Assembly (NCBI RefSeq): GCF_009914755.1
Contig: NC_060943.1
DNA: 64,000 nucleotides
Source: the human T2T-CHM13v2.0 reference genome, Homo sapiens
Strand: one strand, 5' to 3'
Position numbers and translations under genes: made by a program. This document shows, in pieces, positions 36,406 to 57,016 of the stretch (the stretch's first letter is position 1; each line of letters opens with the position of its first letter). Below the pieces are notes generated by a model. That model had not been told where the DNA came from. It saw only the letters and a program-made list of their open reading frames with translations, and made no database searches.

Positions 36406-36675
36406 ACATGAGTCACCCAGCAGGTCATACATTTCAATCATAATTTTCACTTCACTGATGAAGAAACTGAGGTGCAGAGATTAAATAACTTGTTCATAGG
36501 CACACAAAAGTTAATAATGGAGATGTAATTGGAACTGAGGCAGTACAATTCCAGATTCCATCCCTTAACTGCCGTAGTCTGTGCTGTGTCTCTGGAATTC
36601 AATTCATTTTGAAGATAACTCTCAACCAGCAATGCATGACAAAGTGGAAATGTCCCCTCAGAAGTAGTTCCCTTT

Positions 36676-37011
<336 letters not shown>

Positions 37012-37789
37012 TTAGAATCAATTTGTTCAGTGTGTACGAAGCCCGTGACTTTAATGGTGGTTTCCTCTGGGTGGTCCTAGAAGACTATCCTGGTTACAAA
37101 AGAAAGAAGCCCCATTTACTTCACCTCATACCCCATGACCACCCCACACCACACCCATAAGGGTTTTCAGTCAGCAGACATGGCCACTCCATGGAGCAGC
37201 TGGGGCACCGCTGGTCTCAGAGGGTTGAGGATGACAGAAACAACTCGAACTGGTTTCGGCAAAGAGGGGGGATTTCTTGGCTTAGGTAACCAAATCTGAG
37301 GGAGGGAAGGGGTGTAGTTGTCTTCAGGGTGATGGAATGCAGCCAGCAGCTGTCTCTCTACCACTTGAGTCTGCATGTTGGTAGTGAGCTGTCATGCAAG
37401 GCTTCCCCATGAGGTCAGAATGGTGCTATTCTCAGGTTATCCATCTGCAAGGAGAAGACCTGCCTCCCTTGTCCTTAGAAGGCTCTTCACCAGCCTGGCT
37501 TGGGTCACATGCCCACTCCCATGGCCAAGGCACCCAGCACAAGGCACCCAGCATACTACAATAGGTGACCTTTGTGGGGATACGGGTGAGAAGAAGCAGT
37601 CCCTAAAATAAAAGCCAGGGTGAGTTTTCCCGAAGCAGCAGGGAGGAGTGCCACACAGATGAACCCATTCATACCCACCTTGCACCACATCCTGTGTTGT
37701 GGGGTCTTAGGAACTCCTTCCTGGAAGAAATAGCCTGTGTGACAGGGCCTTGAAACTAAGCAGGAGCTTGCTGAAAAGAGGAATGAGAG

Positions 37790-38086
37790 GGGCCAGGCGC
37801 AGTGGCTCACACCTGTAATCCCAGCACTTTGGGAGGCCAAGGTGGGTGGATCATGAGGTCAGGAGTTCAAGACCAGCCTAGCCAACATGGTGAAAGTCCG
37901 TCTCTACTAAAAATACAAAAGAATTAACTGGGCATGGTGGCGCATGCCTGTAATCCCAGCTACTCAGGAGGCTGAGTCAGAAGAATTGCTTGTACTGGCA
38001 CCCAGTAGGCAGAGGTTGCAGTGAGCAGAGATCACGCTGCTGCATTCTGGCCTGGGCTACAGAGCAAGACTCTGTCTCAAAAAAAG
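37790..38086 (+). mobile_element. AluSg-like
   Basis: TSD 'aaaagaggaatgagag'. Confidence 0.93.
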
Positions 38087-38548
38087 AGGAATGAGAGAGG
38101 AACGAGCATTTGGCAGACATGCAGAGGTCTACAGATGAGTAGTTTATTCTGACTGGCCCGTGGAGGCGGTGGTGGTGGAGGTGGGTAAGGTGAAGCATGG
38201 CTGCAGGGGAGGCCACAGGGAACTCCACAAGGCCTGAACCTGACCTCGAAGGTGCATGTGTACCTTGGATGGGTACAGTGGATATAAAGTTTTGCTCACC
38301 CGGTGTTCACTCTTTTATGAACAAAATACCCTTTTCCTTTTGGAGAGCACCCTCTCCCACCCTCTCAGTCCATGGAGCCTATGAGGCCTCTCTCTCCAGC
38401 TCCTGTGACCTCTACCTGGTCAATAGAAGTCACTGGCTCAGGGATGGACATGTGACCCAATCTGGGCCAATGAGGGGCAGCCCTAGGAGTTTTGCTAGAA
38501 GGATTGCAGACTATTCCTGCTAGCAAAATAAGACCAATAGATCTCTAA

Positions 38549-38855
<307 letters not shown>

Positions 38856-39513
38856 CTGATAAAAATTTTTGGGGGGTTGAGTCCAGGTACGCATGAAGCC
38901 AACTACCCCTGGACTTTTCAACTACATGATTCAGTAAACAACTTTTATTTTTGTTTGTTTGATTTCACTTTAGCAATCAGCATTTCTGTTGCTTGTCATG
39001 GAAGAGATGTCTCTAAACAGGAGACTGATGGAGTTAGACTTGTGTTTTGGAAGGATGTCCTTCTTGGGATCGGAGAATGGTATGGAAACAGCAAGCAAGA
39101 GTGGAGACAGCCAAGCAGTGAAGAATCAAGGGCGGGGTGGACTAGAGCCATGTCACCTGGGGGATATATCAGTGTGAGAGATGAGAAATGGATGCACAAA
39201 AATGGAAAACAAGAGAGATGTGGGGACTCATTTATGGGCAGACGTTGATCTCCACAAGACATGGTGACTATTTGGATATGGAGAATACAGAAGAGGGATG
39301 AGTCAGGGATTACTTGACAAGGGCCCAGGAGAGGGGCTTTATCTGTCATGCCTATTTCAGGTGTAAGTGATGAAAAATAAACTCAAATTGGCTTAAACAA
39401 AATAAATAGGAATGTAATAGGCTCAACATCTGTCAAGTTCAAGGAGCTTCAGTACAGTTGGATCCAGAACTTCTAATGATTTTATCAAGATATGACCTTT
39501 ATGTCTGTGTTTC

Positions 39514-39813
<300 letters not shown>

Positions 39814-40215
39814 ATGTCTGTGTTTCTCAGACCTGCTTTCCTCTGATGTGGTTTCATCCTGCCACAGGATCTCCCCTCAAAAAGGTAAAGATAGCTGCCA
39901 ACATATCAGCACCTGGGTGCTACCAGCTAAGAGACCCAGAGGAAACAGAACACTTCTATCTCAATAGTTCCACCAAAGTTCCAGGCCCACCCATGAGTCA
40001 ATTCCTGAGATGCTGATTGGTCAGACCTGGGACATGTGTCCGTTCTCACATCAGGAAGTGATGTGATCTCCACTTACACTGCACAGGCTGAGAGTGGGGT
40101 TGGTCTGGATCCCCAAGGAAAATAGAAAGTGCTAGAATCAGAATAAAGGGGGAATAGATGTGGGGTGGGAAAACCAACAGAGGCTCACTTCAGTGTGCAT
40201 GGGATACATTTCTGA

Positions 40216-40673
<458 letters not shown>

Positions 40674-41130
40674 TGGCTACTATTTTAGATAGGGCAGTTG
40701 GGAAGAGCCTCTTTTAGGAGATGACATTTAACCTGAGCTCCGCAGGGTGAAAAGAGCTTGTCTTCATCTTCATGAGGGTAAGGGGGATGATTTAGAGGTA
40801 GGAATTATCTTGGGATGATCAAAGAACAAAATGATGACTGGCGAGACGAGAACATGGTGCACAGTGGGGAGCCGGGAGGCAGGATCTTGTGGGCTTAGTC
40901 AGTTCCTCATTGAACACTAGTATGGAAAGCCATGACAAAGTGTTAAGCAGAATCAGTAAAGCACAGTGTCACTCGAGCTTTGAGGATTACCAGAAGGAGG
41001 ACAGGCCAATCGTAAGCCTGATCAAGAGAAGGGAAGGAGGAAGGAGAAGGGGGAACTTTCTCTGTCACCTTCCCGCCCTGTTGAGGCAGTTTTCATACGT
41101 TGGATGTTTAACACAACCCAACCAAGACTG

Positions 41131-41430
41131 GGACCCGGTGCAGTGGCTCACACCTAGAATCTCAGCACTTTGAGAGGCCAAGGTGAAAGGCTTGAGCGCA
41201 GGAGTTCAACACTAGCCTGGGCAATATAGTGAGACCCTGTCTTTATAAAAAAATAGAAAAATTAGCCAGGCATAGTGGTGCATGCCTATAGTCCCAGCAA
41301 CTCAGGAAGCTGAGGTGGGATGATGGCTCGAGCCCAGGAGGTCAAGGCTGCAGTGAGCCATGATCTCACCACTGCACCCCAGCTTGGCGACAGAGCAAGA
41401 CCCTGTTTCACACACACAACACACACACAA
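41131..41430 (+). mobile_element. AluJ with (CA)n tail
   Basis: Diverged dimer. Confidence 0.88.
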
Positions 41431-42167
41431 AGATTGGTATGGTCACTCTTACTTTACTGACAAGAAACCTGCATACAGAGGAGCTAAACCACCATCCCAA
41501 GGCCATAAAACTACTGCGAGTCTAAGCCAGGATATGTCTGAATATGAAGACTCCTCTGAATGCTGGGTCCCAGAAGCACTAAGCTTGGTTATGAACCTCA
41601 TGGGCTCTACATAGCTTCTCACCAAGTTGGGTCCTGTTGAGCCTATTGTGCAAGGAAGGAGACCAAACACCCTGGAGGTTTGCTCACCTGGCCTGAGTTA
41701 CCTGGCCGTGGAAGGCCCCTGGGCTCAAGTTCCCTGAGAGGCAGGGGTTAAACCATGTGTCCTAGAACCTCAGCTTGCATCCCACCCTGGAATTTTCCTC
41801 TGAGTTGCAAAATCAGGCAAGCTGCCAAGCCATATATACATTGCCGGGTAGCCAGGCAACACCGTGCTTTTTCTGGGAAGGAGCACAATGTGGTCACTGT
41901 GCTGCCGACGCCAGGTTCCAGATGGAAGAAAGACTTTAATCCCCAGCTTCACGGCTGTTTGGCACACTTCGCTCCTGAAAGCCTGCTCGGGCCAGTTTTC
42001 ACTCTGACTCTCCAGTGAGGCCATTTTGTCTCATTCCGTTTCTGATGTTTAAATGTTAATCCTTTACAAGTTGGTTTTAGTGGAGTAGGAAATGGCGGAG
42101 AAGGCTGGAGGTGGATTCAGATGCAACAGGGATGGCACTTACACCTTTCGATGAAAAAGACGTGTGA

Positions 42168-43311
42168 TTCCGCGATTTTGCAGTTGTGAATTGTGCTGCT
42201 ATACGCATGTGTGTGAAAGTATCTTTTTCACATAATGACTTCTTTTCCTCTGGGTAGACACCCAGTAGTGGGATTGCTGGGTCAAATGGTAATTCTACTT
42301 TTAGTTCGTTAAGGAATCTCCACACTGTTTTCCATGGTGGCTGTACTAGTTTACATTCCCACCAGCAGTGTCGAAGTGTTCCCTGATCACAACATCCATG
42401 CTAACATCTACTGTTTTTTGATTTTTTGATTATGGCCATTCTTGAAGGAGTAAGGGGGTATTGCATTGTGGTTTTGATTTGCATTTCCCTGATCGTTAGT
42501 GATGTTGAGCATTTTTTCATATGTTTGTTGGCCATTTGTATATCTTCTTTTGAGAATTGTCTATTCATGTCCTTAGCCCACTTTTTGAAGGGATTTTTTT
42601 TTTTTTTTTGGTTACTGATTTGTTTGAGTCCATTGTAGATTCTGGATATTAGTCCTTTGTCAGATGTATAGATTGTGAAGATTTTCTCCCACTGTGTGGG
42701 TTGTCTGTTTACTCTGCTGATTGTTCCTTTTGCCATGCAAAACTCTTCAGTTTAATTAGGTCCCAGCTATTTATCTTTGTTTTTATTGCATTTGCTTTTG
42801 GGTTTTTGGTCATGAAATTCTTGTCTAAGCCAGTGTCTAGAAAGGTTTTTCCAATGTTATTTTCGAGAATTTTTATAGTTTCAGGTCTTAGATCAATCAA
42901 TGAGTGAATAAACAAACTGTGGTATGTATATATATACGATGGAATACTTCTCAGCCATAAAAAGGAATGAATTAACAGCATTTGCAGCAACCTGGATGAG
43001 ATTGGAGACTATTATTCTAAGTGAAGCAGCTCAGGAATGGAAAACCAAACATTGTATGTTCTCACTGATATGTGGGAGCTAAGCTATGACGGCAAAGGCA
43101 TAAGAATGATACAATGGACTTTGGGGACTTGAGGGGAAGAGAGGGAGGGGGGCGAGGGACAAAATACAACAAATATGGTGCAGTGTACACTGCTCGAGTG
43201 ATGGGTGCACCAAAATATCACAAATCACCACAAAGAACTTACTCATGTAACCTAATACCACCTGTACCCCAATAACTTATGGAAAAATAAAATAAAATAA
43301 TAATAAAAAAA
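42168..43311 (+). mobile_element. L1PB1-type element with a 5' inversion (twin priming)
   Basis: 42168-42892 is antisense ORF2 ([26 protein letters not shown]); 42893-43311 is the sense 3' end with A-tail; near-TSD gaaaaagacgtgtga / gaaaaaatgtgtga. Confidence 0.9.
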
Positions 43312-43477
43312 GAAAAAATGTGTGAGCAAAATGATTAATAGGCAAATGATAGAAGAAAAAGAAAAAGCCCATGAAGTTAGAAAGAGAGGCATCACTTCTC
43401 GAGTGAACAGGAAATGGAAATCAGGACCACATAATGTCAAGTTTAACTCTCAGAGTGATGTAAAAATGAAAATCCTA

Positions 43478-43856
<379 letters not shown>

Positions 43857-44285
43857 TTAGGGTATGACCTCTCTGAGGTGATTTTATGGGACTTGCCAAC
43901 ATTTTGACTATGTATGACCCCCCCAACACAGCAAATGTGTTTCCACTAATTAATCTTGCAGAAATACTCAGAGAAGTGCACATTTTAAGGCGAGAATTGC
44001 AAAATATTGGAGATTCTCTGTCTATCAATATAGAAATGGTAAAATAAATGGTGTTGCATCCATACCATTGAATCTTTTGCAGAAAAGGTTGATGCAGAGA
44101 TGTGTGTTTCAGCATAGGAGGTTGCCTTGCCTGGGACATACTGTTGGGTCAAATAGGGAAAAAAATTAAGTTAGTGAATGATATATAGAGTCTGAATTCA
44201 ATTCTGTTGAAAGAGTATATATGTATATATATGTTTGTATTTACTTATATTTTTAAATACACCAAGAACATTTCTGGACTTTGTA

Positions 44286-44608
<323 letters not shown>

Positions 44609-45081
44609 TAAAATATTAATACTGGCCATCATTTTAGGATTAAAAAGTTGTCAAAAATGCACTGTTGGTTCAAAAAACAACAAAGGGCAAGTTGCCATGC
44701 TGTATGTAGAATATTATTTTATGTCTATAAAAAAGACACTGTGTGTGAGCATGCATGTGTACACACAAACACAGATACTATATATACATCCTTTGTACAA
44801 AAATTTAGAGAAGGTAAAAGCAAGAAAACCTTGCTAGTGATTGGCCCTGTGGGATTGGGAGAATATTTTTGCTTTTTTGCTTTCTATATTTCTATATAGT
44901 TTGAAGTTTCTCAAAGGTTGCATTTTTTTAATTTAAAAAAATTATTTAAAATACCTTTAAGAAACTGCCATAGTCCTACTACCCTAACAGGAGTAATTTT
45001 AGCAATTTTCTGTATGAATCTCTCCCTCTCTATATATATCTTTCTTTCTCTATACCCCCATCTATATACACACATATACAC

Positions 45082-45978
<897 letters not shown>

Positions 45979-45981
45979 ACT

Positions 45982-46213
45982 TCTTTTTTTTTTTTTTTTA
46001 CTTTAAGTTCTGGCATACATGTGCAGAATATGCAAGTTTGTTACACAGGTATACATGTGCCGTGGTGGTTTGCTGCACTATCAACCTGTCATCTAGGTTT
46101 TCAGCCCTGCATGCATTAGGTATTTGTCCTAATGCTCTCCTTCCTCTTGCTCCCCAGCCCCTGACAGGCCCTGGTGTGTAACGTTCCACTCCCTGTGTCC
46201 ATGTGTTCTCATT
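45982..46213 (-). mobile_element. L1PA 3' end, truncated
   Basis: 'ttactttaagttctggcatacatgtgcagaa...gtgtccatgtgttctcatt'. Confidence 0.9.
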
Positions 46214-46230
46214 AAAACTTCTTCTTTTTA

Positions 46231-46707
<477 letters not shown>

Positions 46708-47394
46708 TTATTCCCAATATTTAGATCAGTGCCTGGCATATAGTAGATAGTCAAATTGTAATTTGAATAAATCCCAGCTTCCTTTTGCTACACCAAGGCC
46801 CACAGCTCCTGCTGGTAGCTTTACACTAAGAACGACTGCGGTCTGCCAAGATCATGTGTGCACGTGCCTCCGGGCAGCTGCATCCAAGGACGTGATTAAC
46901 TGCTAAGCCCCCCTGGATCTATGCATTCCTTGGTCAGCACATTTTCTTCCCAGTAAAGAGGCTACAGACCCAGCAATGTTATGTAATCCCCACCACACCC
47001 CATGTGAGACAAATCCTCTAATCATTTCAGATGAAAGATTTGAAGCACAGAGCCATTAAGGATGGATCAAGGTTGGACATGAAATTGGCGTGGTTTTATG
47101 CAGTGGATGGTAACCAGGACCCAAAATAGGATTCAAGAGAAGTCTATTTGGGGGTGGAGCAGTGGAGGCAGGAACCCAAATATAAGAATGTCATGCTGTG
47201 GGCCATCAGTCAATGGCATTTGGGGTCTAGGGGTGAGAGAAGGATCTGGGCTACAGCTGGCGTACCCTGATGGCGGCTGGGCCTGTGGCTGTGGCTGAAT
47301 TATCTCAGAAGAAATGAATTACCTCAGAAATGATAAAGGAGGATTAGGACCATCCACACCCTTGGTGGAATGCCTGAGCTCTGGTGGAAGCAAT

Positions 47395-47850
47395 ATCTGT
47401 TCAGACGGATCTCAGCTCAGTACGCAAGAAAAACCCACCACAATGGCTTCAATGAGTAAGGGATTTATTTTTCTTCTGTAACTGGGGGTGGACTGTCATA
47501 GCTCACTGACTTCATCAGGGATTCAGGCTCCTTTTTTCTTACTCTCTCCGCCTTTCATAGCACACGGACTTTCATAACACACAGACATCTTCCTCATGGC
47601 TGCAAAACGGCTGTGGCGCTTCCAGGCATCACGTCCGTGTTCCAGGCAGAAAGAAAGGGGAAAGACCAAAACCCTTCTCCTTACAAAGCTTTGCTTTTTA
47701 TTTGAGAATGGATGGCAAAAGGATTTTCACCCACGTCCCACTGGCCAGAACTGTCTCACTTGCCCCATTTATACAGCTGCAAGGGTTTCTGGGAGAAAAT
47801 ATTTTTGACTGAGCACATTGCTGCTGTGGACAGAATCAGAGGTTGTTAAC
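47395..47850 (-). mobile_element. MLT1J-type LTR
   Basis: 'catcagggattcaggctcc...cacgtcccactggccagaactgtctcac...agctgcaagg'. Confidence 0.7.
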
Positions 47851-48314
47851 ATTAAACAAGAGAGAGAGTGGAATGCAGAGCAGGAAGGCAAGCAGAATGT
47901 CTGGCACAGTCAGTAGCAAAGTGAGGAGAGAGCTTCGAGAAGAGGGGTCTAAGCAGGATCCTGGAAGTGAGGTGGGTCTCCAGAGGGAGTGCTGAAGGTA
48001 TTTTCATTTCAGGAGGCAAGATCTGGAGGAGCGTTGGGAAGGGAATCGAAATAGCTCTCAAATGCCCTCACTGCCACCCACTAATGGAGACATGATCGTT
48101 CCCCTTCTGCAGATGGCAGAATGAAGTCTTACAGACGCTAACAGGCCCTTGTCACTGTGGTAACTTCCTGAAGCATTTATATACTTGAATAAGTAGTCAA
48201 TACACGTGATACAAACCTTTTATTTAAAGCACAAAAGAATACGTATTAGTGAATTTTCCTTCCCATCGCTGTGTCCCAGCTCTCTTCCCTGGAGGCAACG
48301 ACGGCTAACAGTTA

Positions 48315-49936
48315 CAGTTGATCTTCATTATTTGCAGATTCTGTGTTTGCAAATGTACCTACTCACTAAAATGCATTTGTAGCCCCTGAATCCATATGCA
48401 CAATGTTTTCATAGTCATTTGTGGATGTGCGTAGAGCCGTGAAACATTCGAGACCCTCACTGTACAGGTTCCCAGAGAAGGTGGACCGAGGTCTCCGCCT
48501 TCTTGTCTCAGTTCTCATATTGTAAACAACTGTCCTTTTGGCCGTCTATTTAGTGCCACATTTTTTGCACTTTGGTTGGTGATTTGGCTGTTAAAAATGG
48601 CTCCTAAGCATCGTGCTGATGTGCCGTCTGGTGTCCGTAAGCGCAGAAGCTATGATGCGTCTTATGGAAAAAATCTGTGTTAGATGAGCTTTCTTCAGGC
48701 ACGAGCTATAGTGCTATTGGCCATGAGTTCAATGCTAATGAATCAGCAATATATATTAAATAAGGTGTCTGTAACCAAAAACTCACATAAAGCAAGGTTT
48801 TGTGTGAATCGGTTGATGAAAATGCAGGAACCTGAGTGTGTTAACCTTTTTTTTTTTTTTCATTTTCTGTATTTGTGATGCTTTGACATTTGAGAATGTG
48901 CTGATCCCAGAGAGCCTGCCTCTTCCAGGGCCAGCCAGTTCCTAGAGATTGAAACAGTAACCTAGGAGTGCACCTCTCTCATGCAAACCGGTCAGTCTGG
49001 AAACCTTCCTTCAAACCACATCCTTCAACTACCACCTTTGTGGGGCTCCCACAAGTGACCCACATCCCCCATGCCCTAGTATTGCCTCAAGTCCAGGTAC
49101 CAGACAACTAGTGGCAGCTACACCCTGGAGCCTGCTGAAATTATTCCAATTTGCCAATCTGAAGGCTGCCTACCCCCAACTGGTTCCTTCCCAAGGAGAC
49201 CATAATAAAGTCCTGTGCCTTCCTTTCTCCTCACTCCTCTGTCTCCCGGCCAACCCTGGTGCTTCCCCATGTTCCCCCATGTGGCATGCTGTGCCTCTGG
49301 GTTCCAGGGATCTGTGTCTATGAATCTGTTCCTTCACAACAATCATTTCTGTGCCTGCCTTTTTTTTTTTTTTTTTTTTGAGACAAGAGTCTCACTCTGT
49401 CACGCAGGCTGGAGTGCAGTGGCTCAATTTTGGCTCACTGCAACCTCCGCCTACTGGGCTCAATTGATTCTCCTGCCTTAGCCTCCTGAGTAGCTGGGAT
49501 TACAGGTGCCCGCCACCATGCCCAGCTAATATTTGTATTTTTAGTAGAGACAGGGTTTCACCATGTTGACCAGGATGATCTCGATCTCTTGACCTTGTGA
49601 TCTGCCTGCCTTGGCCTCCCAAAGTGCTGGGATTACAGGCGTGACAATTTTTGTATTTTTAGTAGAGACAGGGTTTCACCATGTTGGTCAGGATGGTCTC
49701 GATCTCCTGACCTCAAGTGACCCACCCACCTCGGCCTCCTAAAGTGCTGGAATTACAGGTGTGAGCCACCGCGCCCAGCCTATGCCTGTCTTACCATGCC
49801 TGATTATACCAAATCCCAGGAACATTTCAACACTGACCCTGTATATTCCCTAGAAGCAATGGTTCCATATTGCTAATTCAGTGTCCACAGTGACGTTATA
49901 GAACACATAGCTACCCTGAATAATCAGAATCGACTG
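48315..49936 (+). mobile_element. MER82 (Tigger-type) split by a MER74 LTR
   Basis: TIRs 'cagttgatcttcattatttgc' and 'gaataatcagaatcgactg'; the interior resumes after the LTR. Confidence 0.85.
48837..49832 (+). mobile_element. MER74-type ERVL LTR containing a trimeric Alu (49360-49781)
   Basis: 'ccaggtaccagacaactag...gctgaaattattc...aataaag'; near-TSD ctgag/ctgac. Confidence 0.75.
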
Positions 49937-50168
49937 TTTGTATTTATCCTTCCAGAGATGTTCTGGACCTGTGCCAGGTAATAGATTTCTTTCTATTTCT
50001 TTTTTTTTCACCACATAAATGTATGCACATTATAGATGCTATTTTGCATGTTGATTTTTTTAAAAAATTGACAAATAACAATTGTATATTTCCATGGGCT
50101 ATAGTGATGTTTTGATACATATAATGTATGATGATCAGATCAGGGTACTTGGCATATCCATCACATAA

Positions 50169-50768
<600 letters not shown>

Positions 50769-51180
50769 GCCACAATGATCATTTCTTACTGTTGGGAAAC
50801 TTCAATATCCTCTTGCTAGCATTTGAAAATGTTATGTTATTGTTCACTGTAGTCATCCGCAGTGGTATAAAACACTAGAACTCATCCATCTTGTCTGCAT
50901 CCTAGTTTTTAAACCTAACCATGTGTCTTGGTGATTGCCCACTGTGTTAGCTTGGGTCTTCCGAGAAGTAGGCGCCAAAACAATATTAGATGTGTAGGGG
51001 ATTTATTAGGGAAAAGATCTGTAAGGGAAAATGAGGAATGAGCTGGAGGAGTCTGGAAAAGTTATTGAATTTGGATGCCACCACACCCGACCCTGTTATC
51101 ACTATTTTAACCCTAACTTGTACACCACCAGGAGTTCCAGTGGCAGTTTGCTTTGTGACCAGTTTCTCTCTTTCACAATC

Positions 51181-51572
51181 ACCACAGGCTATGGATCCCT
51201 GGACATCTTTCTAGTCCTTGGCAATCTCTCTCTTCCAGTACCAATCCACAGGCATTCCATCTTTCCCAGGGTGAACAGGGCTATCCAATTAATTCCCCTT
51301 CTTGCAGGACTTGGCATTATAGCCCATAGGGGAACTGGAATTGCCTCCTTAACCTATAGCCAGCTCTCGAAGGAAATAGCCAACAACATTGATGCCATGG
51401 CTTGAACCTTCGCAACTGTGCGAGAACAAATAGACTCTAGCAGCTGTAGTCCTCAGAAATCATTGAGGACTAGATATGTTAACAGCAGCACAGGGAGGAA
51501 TTTGTTTAGCCTTAGATGAAAAATGTTGCTTTTGGGTAAGTCAATCGGGAAAAGTACAAGACAACATCAGAC
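51181..51572 (+). pseudogene. env: HERV-FRD/MER50 (syncytin-2-like) env fragment, SU end to TM ectodomain; disabled
   Basis: Translates as GYGSLDIFLVLGNLSLPVPIHRHSIFPRVNR/AIQLIPLLAGLGIIAHRGTGIASLTYSQLSKEIANNIDAMA*TFATVREQIDS(frameshift)[43 protein letters not shown], matching the syncytin-2 fusion peptide, ISD and CX6CC. Confidence 0.9.
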
Positions 51573-51899
51573 CTGGACGGATTCGCTGCTGGTAACATAC
51601 TTGGCCCATATTTTGCCCATAACAGCCTGGCCCAGGGCTGGGTGGTCGAGTAGACAGGCCTCGGGTGGCAAACTGCAGTGCTGGGAATCGGACCAGTTCA
51701 CCTGATTCCCGGGGGGCTGCCTTTGGTATTCTGAACACGCCGCCAGGCACAAAGCGCTGGATGTTGGGTGTCTCGTTCACCTCTCACTGCCTTCTACGGA
51801 TTTCAACACATAGCATCATGATGGGACCACAGCTCTGAGAATGACAGAAAGCACCGATCTCCATATCACATGACTCCTGAGTAGAGGAAAATGGATTTG

Positions 51900-53110
<1,211 letters not shown>

Positions 53111-54258
53111 AGCTCGGTTTTGGGATGCCATTCGAAGCTCCTTTATAAAACTTGGAAAGTTGATTTAAAAGATATTTCTCTTTCATTGTTTTATTTTTAA
53201 TTACAAAAGCAGTAGATTTTTTTGGATAAAGAAATTAGTTTCCCTTTCACATTCCAAACCAATGTTCAAAGATTTGCTGGTTTCTGCCTCCTTCTTTCTG
53301 CTTCTAGAGCTGCCTCATGATCCAATGTGGTTCTTCTAATTATTTGCTTAAAAATGCTCTTAATGTTTTTTGCCTAACCAACTTATTTTTAATTTTGCCC
53401 ACCCTTTGCCATTCCCTACCCCCAGGCCCGTACGTCTTTGCCCGATTGCTATTGAGGTGCACATACTTTCAGCAGCCTGTGCCATTTCACAGGGCACCAC
53501 GAGCAGGCTGGCGTCGGCCTCCTTCATTGATGCCACCAGTCACTTTTTATTACCTGCCTACGTTCCAGACCAGGTTCCCTCTATTTCCTGAAGATTAAGA
53601 CCCTCTGAGTGTCACTCTGCCCTGCTAAATCAGTTCCGCTCATAATCCTCTGCTTAGAAATATCTACAGGGTGGACTGGGTCACGACCGACATCACCATC
53701 TGACAGCTGTTACAACTCCGTGCCCAAACTAAACTTTTCACTAAACACTTCTTTAGGGGACACCAAGGACCTCCTCCCAGCCCTGCCAAATTAACTCACT
53801 GAATACCCATTTGCCAAAAGCTGGTTCTCCAAATGATCACATTTTTAAAACTTCCCAATTTGCTGGTTTATCCCAAGTTGTTTTTCTCAAAACAACAACA
53901 ACAACAACAACAACCCCGCCCACACACACACACATTAGAAACATTTCATTTCACTTCTTTAACAAATGTTTGTGGGGTTTTTACTACACACAAGGTGCCA
54001 AAGTGTTGGGGTTAAAGTAGTGAGTAAGAGAGCAAATGTTCTCATCCTCATGGAACTCCCAGGCCGGTGGAGGAAACAGGCAAGAAGGACATAAATAAAT
54101 ATGTAACACAGGTGGTCATGGAAACATGTAGAGCACCCTGAGGCAGCAAGAAGAGTGGGCATCAAATAATATAATAACATATATGATGTAGTATTTATAT
54201 AGTATAATACTATGTGATGCAATACAATGTATAATGTACACAGTATAAAAAATACCAT

Positions 54259-54622
54259 TTGCAGCCGTAAAAAAGAATGAGTTCATGTCCTTTGCAGGGA
54301 CATGGATGAAGCTGGAAGCCATCATTCCCAGGAAACTAACACAGGAAGAGAAAACCAAACACCGCGTGTTCTCACTCAAGTGGGAGTTGAACAATGAGAA
54401 CACATGGACACAGGGAGGGGAACATCACACACCAGGGCCTGTCGGGGTGTGGGGGAAGGGGAGGGAGAGCATTAGGACAAATACCTAATGCATGTGGGGC
54501 TTAAAACCTAGAAGACAGGTTGATAGTGCAGCAAACCACCATGGCACATGTATACCTATGTAACAAACCTGCACGTTCTGCACATGTATCCCAGAACTTA
54601 AAGTAAAATTAAAAAAAAAAAA
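54259..54622 (+). mobile_element. L1PA 3' end (5'-truncated)
   Basis: MSFAGTWMKLEAII ORF2 end; 3'UTR ending 'cccagaacttaaagtaaaattaaaaaa'. Confidence 0.92.
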
Positions 54623-54625
54623 AGA

Positions 54626-55704
<1,079 letters not shown>

Positions 55705-55737
55705 TATAGTATATAATGCAATATAATATGTAATATA

Positions 55738-56150
<413 letters not shown>

Positions 56151-56478
56151 CTATAATATGTAATAATATAGCATATAATAATATTGCTTAGGGAGTAGAC
56201 TTTTAGTGTTCTTATCGCAAAAACAAAAGTATGTGAGATAATGCATATGTTAACTAGCTCAATTTAGCCACTTCACAATGTACAGATTTTACAAAACACA
56301 TACACAATAAGTACATCTAATTTTTGTTTGTCAATTTAAAAATAAAATGTTAAAGAAAAATATGCCATAAAACAGAACAGAATGTAATATCATCTAATAT
56401 GTGACATGATGATATGATACGGTCATGTGTTATGCAATGCAGTAATGTGTAATATGGTTTAGAATAATACAGTGACCT

Positions 56479-57016
<538 letters not shown>

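Noticed and set aside
42401-42990. L1 ORF2-like ORFs (also 24631-24927, 54285-54488, 61967-62314)
   Set aside because: Truncated retrotransposon fragments, not genes
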